Sequence record: PQ850611.1
Length of the DNA: 44,189 bases
Reading direction: 5' to 3' (one strand)
Source of the DNA: Escherichia phage JohannBuxtorf_Bas84
Made by a program: the position numbers and the translations under genes. The notes beneath the pieces were generated by a model. The model ran no database searches and had not been told where the DNA came from. It was given only the letters and a program-made list of their open reading frames with translations. Positions 9,424-17,097 of this stretch are shown one piece after another. Positions within the stretch are counted from its first letter, which is position 1, and each line of letters opens with the position of its first letter.

Positions 9424-9845
9424 TGAGCAATACTCTAATCCGCAAGGCGCTTAACAGCGTAGTAGAAGAATTATCGGTAAGCCTGAGCACTAGCACGCGC
9501 CCGATAAAGGTTAACTGGGAGAACGTGAGCGGCGACCACGCAAACGGCGGCGGTGTCTACCTGGAACCATATCTGCTTCCGGCCCCTACCCAGTTTGTGG
9601 GCTTCCAGCAGAAGGGCCGGATCTATGCAGGCGTGTATCAGGTCGCCGTGGTATTTCCTGCGGGAACTGGCACACAGTATGCGAGTGAACTGGCGGACGC
9701 CATCGCGACGTCTGACAAGTGGCAGGCCGTAAGGCTTACTGGCGCTGCATTCCAGCTTCAGGACGCGCCCTACACCAGTTCGGTGATTGAGGATGTTGAT
9801 CGTGCCCGCATCGTGGTCACAGTCCCCTACACCTGTTGCGCCTGA
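9423..9845 (+). CDS. putative tail terminator/neck protein
   Basis: 140 aa; ATG overlaps upstream stop (TAATG); position just upstream of major tail protein. Confidence 0.4.
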   Translation: MSNTLIRKALNSVVEELSVSLSTSTRPIKVNWENVSGDHANGGGVYLEPYLLPAPTQFVGFQQKGRIYAGVYQVAVVFPAGTGTQYASELADAIATSDKWQAVRLTGAAFQLQDAPYTSSVIEDVDRARIVVTVPYTCCA

Positions 9846-9905
9846 TTTGGCGCAATTCTATGCGTGCGGTATCATTAATCCGTATATCTAAACAGGAGCG
9901 TCATT

Positions 9906-10631
9906 ATGGGTTATCAACTTCCTAACGGGTCCAGCGTCCAGATTGGGTCCGTACTGGGCAGCGGCATCGCTGTTACGGCAGCTACCAACGCCGCCGCGTC
10001 TATCTCTGATCTTACGCAAGGTTGCGTTATCACCTGCGCGGCTTCTCATGGCCTGCAAGTCGGCGATGTGGTAATGTTCACTAAAACTCCGTGGGTCCGT
10101 GCGCTGAACCGAGCGTTCATCGTGGGTAAAGTGGCTACCAACGACGTTACGCTGGCGCGCTTCGACACCTCGGACGTGACCAAATATCCTACTGGCGCGT
10201 TTGGGGTGGGCACTCCTGGCGAAGTGGTGAAAGTGTCTAGCTTTATCGACTTCCCGTACATTACCAACGTTGCCGTGTCGGGTGGCGACCAGCAGACGAC
10301 TACCTTCCAGCCGTTGCAGGTGAACACCGCAATCAGTCTGAACACCACGAAAAACCCGTTGGTTCAGACTTACACCTTCACCCACGACGAAGAAGACCCG
10401 ATCCGCCCAATCCTGGAAGACCTGGACGACACACAGAAAACCACTGTGATTAAGTTCACTAACCCGGCAGCGGCAAGCGGCAAAGGTGAGATTCGTATTT
10501 ACCCGGCTAAGGTATCTTTCCAGAAGATTCCGTCCGCTGAAGTAAACAACGTGGAAACAGTACAATCCACTCTGACCATGCAGTCTGATATGGTTATCTA
10601 CCGTAAGGATCTTGTCGAGGCATTGTCTTGA
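9906..10631 (+). CDS. major tail protein
   Basis: 241 aa, RBS AGGAG; position upstream of chaperone/tape-measure; followed by strong terminator. Confidence 0.6.
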   Translation: MGYQLPNGSSVQIGSVLGSGIAVTAATNAAASISDLTQGCVITCAASHGLQVGDVVMFTKTPWVRALNRAFIVGKVATNDVTLARFDTSDVTKYPTGAFGVGTPGEVVKVSSFIDFPYITNVAVSGGDQQTTTFQPLQVNTAISLNTTKNPLVQTYTFTHDEEDPIRPILEDLDDTQKTTVIKFTNPAAASGKGEIRIYPAKVSFQKIPSAEVNNVETVQSTLTMQSDMVIYRKDLVEALS

Positions 10632-10660
10632 TTTGGTCGCTTAAATAGCGAGTGATAATA

Positions 10661-10685
10661 TGGGGCCAGCACGGCCCCTTTTTTA
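10661..10685 (+). terminator. intrinsic terminator after major tail gene
   Basis: stem ggggcc/ggcccc with 5-nt loop followed by T6. Confidence 0.75.
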
Positions 10686-10700
10686 TTGGAGAATACTACA

Positions 10701-11063
10701 ATGGCTAAAGCACCACTCTTTACACTTGACCCTAAGCCAACCTTTAAGCTGCCGATTGAGATCCCGCGCCCTGGTGAGAACGAACCAGGCAAGATGACTT
10801 TTACCGTCCGCCACCGCCCGATCGACGAATTTTCGCAAACCATGCAGGACACCGAACGGAAGCTGTCGGAATATGACGACAATGACCCGGACGGCTTTAA
10901 CGTTATGGTCGAGGCCATCATGCACGTCGCAGAAGGCTGGAATCTGCCGGACGAATTTAACGCGGAGAACGTCCGCCGCCTGGTGGTCAACTATCCACGC
11001 GCGTTCGGTGTGTTCCACACGTCGTACTATCTCGAACTGATGGGATTGCGTGAAAAAAACTAA
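10701..11063 (+). CDS. tail assembly chaperone (gpG-like)
   Basis: 120 aa from ATG with RBS GGAG; acidic small protein directly upstream of tape measure; ends just after slippery heptamer A_AAA_AAC. Confidence 0.6.
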   Translation: MAKAPLFTLDPKPTFKLPIEIPRPGENEPGKMTFTVRHRPIDEFSQTMQDTERKLSEYDDNDPDGFNVMVEAIMHVAEGWNLPDEFNAENVRRLVVNYPRAFGVFHTSYYLELMGLREKN

Positions 11064-11422
11064 TTGAGGCGGCGCGACGCTTTTATGGCCCGCCGCCACC
11101 CTCCGAAGATTTAGCCGCGAGTTTATGGGGTGCGGCCCCTGAAGATGTTTGTCCGCCTGTTGCGCTATGGCCCGACAACGCGAAGGTAGTCGCAGTCTTC
11201 ACAGATTGCTCCACGCAATGGCGCACCGGATTTGGTGGCGCATACGGCATCGACTACGGCGTGTTGGAGTGGTTATTTAAGATGCACGGTATCGAAAACG
11301 AGCAGCGCGCGTTTAAAGATATCAAGCTAACCCCCCCCCCCCAAAACTGCATATCTAATCACTTTCATTGCATAAACTCAAAGCGGGACAGGCGGGACGT
11401 CCCGTTTTGCCCCACCCCGTAA
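10701..11422 (+). CDS. tail assembly chaperone -1 frameshift product (gpGT-like); 3' end uncertain
   Basis: slippery site A AAA AAC at 11054-11060; the -1 frame is open with no Met-initiated ORF and encodes ...WPDNAKVVAVFTDCSTQWRTGFGGAYGIDYGVLEWLFKMHGIENEQRAFKDIKLT; reading frame then crosses a C12 homopolymer so the true C-terminus depends on tract length. Confidence 0.45.
11331..11342. repeat. poly-C homopolymer (12 nt)
   Basis: c x12 at 11331-11342 at the 3' end of the frameshift extension and immediately upstream of the CGGGACA repeat element. Confidence 0.9.
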
Positions 11423-11620
11423 ATGTGCATACCTATGCGGATTTCGTGCATAAACCAAACGGGACAAAAAGCGGGACAAACAAGGGGCGGGACAAAGCGG
11501 GACAGCACCCCGTCCCGCCAGTGCTGCCGCGGGTTTTCAGCCGATCGGGACAGCGGGACAGCACCCCAGTCTTTCAGACTAGACGGGGGTCAATGGCCCC
11601 CCTCGTCTGAGACTGAATAA
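11364..11620. repeat. structured non-coding element copy A: CGGGACA direct-repeat array plus 60-bp hairpin module
   Basis: 8 direct CGGGACA cores (11383, 11392, 11460, 11471, 11487, 11497, 11545, 11553), inverted GTCCCG at 11399 and 11512 forming dyads, then gcaccccagtctttcagactagacgggggtcaatggcccccctcgtctgagactgaataa (11561-11620) shared with copy B. Confidence 0.85.
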
Positions 11621-11683
11621 GGTTTGTTTGAAATTCGCTGATACAATGACAGTCGGCAACTGCATAAAAAAGGGGACTGCATA

Positions 11684-14326
11684 ATGGCAGATCAAGCAGC
11701 AGGCATCACGCTGAAGGCTGATGTCGCACAAATCAGAACGGCAAATACTGTGCTGGACTCCTTCGCACAGAAATCCGAGAACACAGAAAACAAGGTTAAG
11801 AAATTAAACGACACCCTCGGCAAATCCAAAAAGGTGACGAGTGACGCCGCGGGCGGAATGGAGAAGCTGGCGACTGAATCGCAGCGCGCTGCCGATGGCA
11901 TGACGAAACAGGAGCGACTTGCCAACAGGTTAGGCATGTCGACCAAAAACCTGGGCTTTGCCTCGCGTAACGCCGCATTCCAGTTACAGGATATCGCGGT
12001 TACGCTTGAGATGGGTATGCCGGTGCACCGCGTTATGCTTCAGCAGCTACCACAGCTAACCGGCGCATTTGGCGGACTGGGTAACACGCTGCGATATGTT
12101 GCAGGCTTCCTCGGCCCAGTAGGGATCGGCCTTGCCGCCGTAACGGCAACGTTAGGCGTGGGCGTGGCAATTACGTCCCGCGCAGAGAACCAGGTCGCCG
12201 CGCTTAACAAGACGCTGGCGCTTTCCGGCAACATTTCCGGCCTGACGGCAAACCAGATCCTGGTGCTATCCGAGAACGCCGAGCGCATGGGCGGGTCGTT
12301 CCGCAAGACGCGTGACACAATCCAGGCGCTGGCGGCGGCGGGTGTGAAAGCGGGAGGTGACTTCGGCGCACTGGCGAAGGTAGTGAATGACTTCGCGAAG
12401 GTGTCCAGCCAGCCGATCGAGGATGTGGTCGCGGCGGTGGCGAAGCTATCTACCGACCCGGTAGGTGGCTTGCGAGCATTGGCTGATAAGTATCACGTCG
12501 TAAACGAAGCGCAGATCCAGCAGGTGCAGTCACTAGTGACGGCTGGTCGCGAAACCGAAGCGGTGGCGCTGGCTAACAAAACAGCCGCAGCGTCGTTTAC
12601 CACTATGACCAATGAGATCAAGTCCAACATGGGTACGCTTGAGCGGTCGATGAACGTCGTTATATCGGCAGCTAAATCTATGTGGGATGCCATCCTGGAT
12701 GTCGGGCGCGCGCAGTCCTCGAATGAGTCAGAGATGAAAGCGCGTGAATCATTGCAGCGACTGACCACGGCTTACTATGCCGAGATGAAAGCGGTAAACG
12801 CTGCCGGTGGGGTGATGACCGAAGCGCAGAAAGCGCGTATTAACATGCTTTACAGCGAACTGGTAGCCCAGGAAAAAGTAGTGGCGTCGCTCACCCTGCG
12901 CAACCGTGCCGAGCGGGACAACGCCCGCGCCGCGGAAGAAGCAGCAAAGGCGAACGAGGAGGCCAACCGCACCGCCCGCGACCGCGCCGCGTTTGAGAAG
13001 GAGTACGCAACCAACGCGAAGAGGCGCGCCGACGAGATCGCCCGCCTCAATTTGCTGAATAAGCGCGGCGTGATTGACGAGAAAGAGCTTGCCGAGGCGG
13101 TGAAGCAGGTCAACGAGCGTTACAAAGACCCCGCCCCGAAGAAGGCCGCCGCTGTTCGCGTCGATGCAGGGATGAAAATGCTGGAAGTCGCGCGAAGCGA
13201 ACTGGCACAGCTTCGGGAATCAGGCAAGCAGATCGAAGCCAACGCATCGACGCAGACCCGCACGCAACGCGCTCAAGCGGCCCTAAACAAGCTGATCGCG
13301 GATAATGAGCAGTTAATCGCCGCAAGCAAAGAAAGAGCACTAACGGCAGCGGAAAAGCAGCAGATTGCCGAATTCGGACGCGTGAAGGAAGTACGCGAGC
13401 AGATCGTCGAAGAAGCCAAATTGCTGGACGCGAAAGAGAAGCAGGTCAAGGCGCACGCGCAGATCGACGCCTTCGTTAAGAACCAGAACGCCGAGCTAAA
13501 AGCCACCGCGGTGGGCTATGCGCTTTCCACTCGCGAAGCGGCTAACCTGCGCGAAGAATTGCAGCTAATTGACCGCCTTAAGCGGGTGGGCGCTAGCGAT
13601 ACCGATATTGATCTGGCGGTGTCTAAGCTGCGCGAAGTGCAGGAAGCACAGACCGGTGCTAACGCCTCGCTATGGGATGGCTTCAGCCGCGGGCTTAAGG
13701 ATAGCGTGGATGAAATGGGTAACGGCTACACGCAGATGACGTCACTCACAAAATTCACGTTCGGCGCTATGCAGGACACGATGAACGAGTTTTTCGAGAC
13801 TGGCAAGCTGAACGCAAAAGATATGGTTAAGTCCATTCTGAGCGAATTAATAAAGCTGGCTACCTCGCAGGCGTTCAAGTCCATCGTTAGCGCTTTCGGT
13901 GGCGACGGCGGCAAAAACGGATTGTTCGGCGCTATCTTCTCCGGCCTCACTAAGAATGCGGACGGCGGAGCGTACGCAGGGGGCAATCTCGCGGCCTATT
14001 CGGGGCAGGTGGTAAGCCAGCCAACCTTTTTCAGTTATGGCGTCCAGGCGTTCGCTAAGGGCGCAGGATTGATGGGTGAGGCCGGACCCGAAGCCATCAT
14101 GCCACTGAAGCGCGGCCCGGACGGCAAACTTGGAGTCGCCGCTGCCGGTGTAGGCGGGGGGATGATTGTAACGACCTACGTTAACATGGGGACCGGTAAG
14201 ACGGATACCAGTGTTAGCGGACCAGACCCGCGCACCGCGCAGGCGTTCGGGAAGCAAATCACCGAGTCGGTCAAGGCCGAGATCGTGAAGGCGACGAAAC
14301 CGGGTGGTGTACTTTACAAACGATGA
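11684..14326 (+). CDS. tail tape measure protein
   Basis: 880 aa, RBS AGGGGA; long Ala/Gln/Lys/Glu-rich helical sequence with Gly-rich C-terminal part; position after chaperone pair. Confidence 0.85.
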   Translation: MADQAAGITLKADVAQIRTANTVLDSFAQKSENTENKVKKLNDTLGKSKKVTSDAAGGMEKLATESQRAADGMTKQERLANRLGMSTKNLGFASRNAAFQLQDIAVTLEMGMPVHRVMLQQLPQLTGAFGGLGNTLRYVAGFLGPVGIGLAAVTATLGVGVAITSRAENQVAALNKTLALSGNISGLTANQILVLSENAERMGGSFRKTRDTIQALAAAGVKAGGDFGALAKVVNDFAKVSSQPIEDVVAAVAKLSTDPVGGLRALADKYHVVNEAQIQQVQSLVTAGRETEAVALANKTAAASFTTMTNEIKSNMGTLERSMNVVISAAKSMWDAILDVGRAQSSNESEMKARESLQRLTTAYYAEMKAVNAAGGVMTEAQKARINMLYSELVAQEKVVASLTLRNRAERDNARAAEEAAKANEEANRTARDRAAFEKEYATNAKRRADEIARLNLLNKRGVIDEKELAEAVKQVNERYKDPAPKKAAAVRVDAGMKMLEVARSELAQLRESGKQIEANASTQTRTQRAQAALNKLIADNEQLIAASKERALTAAEKQQIAEFGRVKEVREQIVEEAKLLDAKEKQVKAHAQIDAFVKNQNAELKATAVGYALSTREAANLREELQLIDRLKRVGASDTDIDLAVSKLREVQEAQTGANASLWDGFSRGLKDSVDEMGNGYTQMTSLTKFTFGAMQDTMNEFFETGKLNAKDMVKSILSELIKLATSQAFKSIVSAFGGDGGKNGLFGAIFSGLTKNADGGAYAGGNLAAYSGQVVSQPTFFSYGVQAFAKGAGLMGEAGPEAIMPLKRGPDGKLGVAAAGVGGGMIVTTYVNMGTGKTDTSVSGPDPRTAQAFGKQITESVKAEIVKATKPGGVLYKR

Positions 14327-14333
14327 TAAAATG

Positions 14334-14361
14334 GCCCTCACTACAACGTGGGGGCTTTTTT
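14334..14361 (+). terminator. hairpin plus T6 (terminator/attenuator) between tape measure and next tail gene
   Basis: stem gccctcac/gtgggggc (one G-U) with 6-nt loop followed by T6 ending at the ATG 14362. Confidence 0.55.
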
Positions 14362-14961
14362 ATGTCACAAGGTACAATCACACTAACGAAAGGAAGTAAG
14401 ACCGTCACGGGCGCGGGGACGGCGTTCCTGAGCGAGATTGGGAAGGTCCGCGTATTTGCCCGCATCGACGGCAACGACTACACCGGCAAAATTGCAGCAT
14501 TCAACTCTAACACCGTCATCACCCTGGCGGATAACTGGGCAGGTCCGACAAAAGCCGGTGTGGCTTATGAGCTAATCGAAGCGCACGACCCGCGGTCAAA
14601 CGAATGGCCATATTACTGGCACATGCAATTGCAAGGCGGCGGGGACGTGCAGTTAGCTTTCCGGTCCGAGGAATTGCAATTTGGTAACGGTTACGGTCAG
14701 AACATCGCGGACGGCCCGAACGCCGAAACGAAACAGTTCCCCGTGCAATTCATCGGACTTACTACTGACAAGTGGTGCGACCCTAAACTGGTTTACAACT
14801 TTCTTCGCGGTCACTTCGTCAAGCCGTTTGTTGTCACCGCGCCGGATGGCGAAACAGGTTTATTCGTGGTCGAGCGTTCGAGCTTGTCGTACACTGACAA
14901 CGGGCACTACACGGCAACTGTGTCCGCCACCCTTAAGACAGCTATTGGATTCGTAAGATGA
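14362..14961 (+). CDS. minor/distal tail protein (alternative start ATG 14323 overlapping tape-measure stop)
   Basis: 199 aa from ATG 14362; N-terminal ~55 aa (MSQGTITLTKGSKTVTGAGTAF...) aligns with N-terminus of tail fibre 21836-23632. Confidence 0.5.
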   Translation: MSQGTITLTKGSKTVTGAGTAFLSEIGKVRVFARIDGNDYTGKIAAFNSNTVITLADNWAGPTKAGVAYELIEAHDPRSNEWPYYWHMQLQGGGDVQLAFRSEELQFGNGYGQNIADGPNAETKQFPVQFIGLTTDKWCDPKLVYNFLRGHFVKPFVVTAPDGETGLFVVERSSLSYTDNGHYTATVSATLKTAIGFVR

Positions 14962-15746
14962 ATAAACTATATCGCGAGGCGACGCGCTTTGACCCATCGG
15001 GACGCGTTCGCCTGATTCACATTGATGCGCAGGACGTGGAACCAGGCGACGGCGCGATCGGCGCGGGCCATCACTATTTTCACTATTGCTTTATTCCGCA
15101 CACTGCCGAGGATATTGCCGCCGCAGGTGGTGACGAGGACAAGCTAAAACCTAAATCCATCTTCTTCGGCGGGCAGGAGTTCGAATTTTGGCCCTTCGAT
15201 TTGTCCGGCCTTAACTTCTCCACATCAACGGCAGCAGAACCGCAGCTAACTATTGTCGATATTGGTGGCATAATCACCCGGCTATCACTAAATCACGACC
15301 AGCTACTGGGCGCAAAGGTTGAGATCATTGATACGTTCGCGAAGTTCCTGGATAACGGGTCGGATCCAGACCCGACGCAAAAACGTGTCCAGGAGTATTA
15401 CATCGACTCACAGGTAGGGCGCAATCCGGGCAAGCAGATAACCTTCGCGCTATCCTCCCCCGCGGATATGGAAGGGCAGGTCGTCCCGCGTCGCCAAATC
15501 ATGAACATGTGCGAATGGGCGTTAAATGGGAAGTACGCCAGCGGGGACGGTTGCACGTGGAACCTTGCGAAGCCCGGCATCAAGTATTACGACGAGCGCG
15601 GAAACGAAGTCATCTCGATGGATATGGACCGCTGCGGCGGATGCTTGTCGGACTGTTATCTCCGTTTTGGTCAAGGTCTTGCGGATCCCAAAGCCGCAGT
15701 GCTGGACTTCGGCGGTTTTCCCGGATCAAAATTGATTAAGGGGTAG
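14958..15746 (+). CDS. minor tail protein (lambda gpL-like)
   Basis: 262 aa; ATGA overlap with upstream gene; C-terminal cysteine cluster MDRCGGCLSDC as in Fe-S containing gpL-like proteins; synteny. Confidence 0.55.
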   Translation: MNKLYREATRFDPSGRVRLIHIDAQDVEPGDGAIGAGHHYFHYCFIPHTAEDIAAAGGDEDKLKPKSIFFGGQEFEFWPFDLSGLNFSTSTAAEPQLTIVDIGGIITRLSLNHDQLLGAKVEIIDTFAKFLDNGSDPDPTQKRVQEYYIDSQVGRNPGKQITFALSSPADMEGQVVPRRQIMNMCEWALNGKYASGDGCTWNLAKPGIKYYDERGNEVISMDMDRCGGCLSDCYLRFGQGLADPKAAVLDFGGFPGSKLIKG

Positions 15747-15748
15747 TC

Positions 15749-16489
15749 ATGCTAACGAAGAAGGTTAAAAGCGATATCGCCGCACATGTCGCGGCATGTC
15801 TGCCGGAAGAAGCCTGCGGCCTTGTCGTCATGGTGGGCCGCAAACAAGTATTTGTCCCGTGCATGAACGTATTCGAAGACCCGACCGGCGTGCGCTCACG
15901 CAGAGACGCATTCACGATTAGTGATATGGCCTGGATGGATGCCGAGGATATGGGCGACGTCGTGCGAGTAGTCCACTCGCATCCAGGCCAGCGAGAGCTT
16001 ACACCCTCACTTGGCGACGTTAACGGATGCAACGGCAGCGGCGTAGTCTGGACCATCACTAACGAATATGGCGACTTTATCGAGATCGACCCTGAAGACC
16101 CGCCGCTGGTAGGCCGCCGATTTGTTCTCGGAATTACAGATTGTTATGGCCTCGTCATGGACTGGCACAAAAAGCAGGGTGTAAACCTGCCAGACTTCCG
16201 CGTGCCGTATAACTGGTGGGAGACAGGCGAAAATCTGTATATGGATAATTGGTACGGTGCTGGCTTCAGGGAATGCGAGGAGAATACGCCGGGGGCAATG
16301 GTCATCATGCAGATTAGCGCGCCTGTGCCTAACCACGCTGGGATATTCCTTCCGGGCAACCAACTACTACACCATATCTACGGCAGCCTGTCGAGCGTGA
16401 TCCCCTTCCGGGCAGGATTTTTCCGCGACAATGTGGTTAAATGGGTACGTCATAAAGACCTACCAGGGAATATCACAGAATGGCAATGA
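15749..16489 (+). CDS. tail assembly protein (lambda gpK-like, MPN/JAMM + NlpC/P60-like)
   Basis: 246 aa, RBS AAGGGG; JAMM-like VVHSHPG motif and Cys/His-containing C-terminal half (DCYG...H); synteny L-K-I-J. Confidence 0.65.
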   Translation: MLTKKVKSDIAAHVAACLPEEACGLVVMVGRKQVFVPCMNVFEDPTGVRSRRDAFTISDMAWMDAEDMGDVVRVVHSHPGQRELTPSLGDVNGCNGSGVVWTITNEYGDFIEIDPEDPPLVGRRFVLGITDCYGLVMDWHKKQGVNLPDFRVPYNWWETGENLYMDNWYGAGFRECEENTPGAMVIMQISAPVPNHAGIFLPGNQLLHHIYGSLSSVIPFRAGFFRDNVVKWVRHKDLPGNITEWQ

Positions 16490-17097
16490 CCACGTTTAAA
16501 TTGTACGGCGTCTTAGGGCGTCGTTTTGGTAAAGTGCATAAGCTGGACTGCTTCACACCGGGAGAAGGCATCACCGGCCTGTGTGTGAAGTTGCCAGGGT
16601 TACAAGACTTTTTAATGTCGGCCCACCTGGACAATATGATGTTCAAGGTGCGCAAAGGCAACCACACGATGACCGGTTATGATGAGCTTGGCGAGTTCCA
16701 CGGCGACCGCGTCGTTACCATCGCGCCGGTTATGACGGGGGCAAAAAGCGGACTGGGCCAATTGCTGGCGGGTGTCGCGATTGTAGTGGCGTCGTTCTAT
16801 ACTGGCGGACTTGCTACTGCCGCTTTCGGGGCTTCGGCTGCAACCGCTGCCGCTATCGGTACGGCTACATTTTCGTTTGGCATGTCGCTTGCGCTGGGAG
16901 GTGCTATGCAATTGCTGTCGCCGCAGCCGAAAGGATTGCAGACCCGGCAGGACGTGGATAACAAAGCGTCGTATGCGTTCGGCGGCCCAGTAAACACGAC
17001 CGCGCAAGGTACGGCGCTTGGTGTATTATGGGGCGAGCGTGAGATCGGCGGCGCTATTATTTCAGCCGGAATCGTAACCGAGGATTTGAACGAATGA
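16480..17097 (+). CDS. tail assembly protein (lambda gpI-like)
   Basis: 205 aa; start overlaps upstream stop; hydrophobic Gly/Ala-rich C-terminal half; synteny. Confidence 0.55.
   Translation: MAMTTFKLYGVLGRRFGKVHKLDCFTPGEGITGLCVKLPGLQDFLMSAHLDNMMFKVRKGNHTMTGYDELGEFHGDRVVTIAPVMTGAKSGLGQLLAGVAIVVASFYTGGLATAAFGASAATAAAIGTATFSFGMSLALGGAMQLLSPQPKGLQTRQDVDNKASYAFGGPVNTTAQGTALGVLWGEREIGGAIISAGIVTEDLNE

Noticed and set aside
11383-11560. CGGGACA repeat arrays (also 39073-39174) considered as CRISPR arrays
   Set aside because: Repeat unit is only 7-8 bp with irregular 0-40-bp spacing and no uniform spacers; no cas genes in window; architecture fits iterons/operators, not CRISPR.
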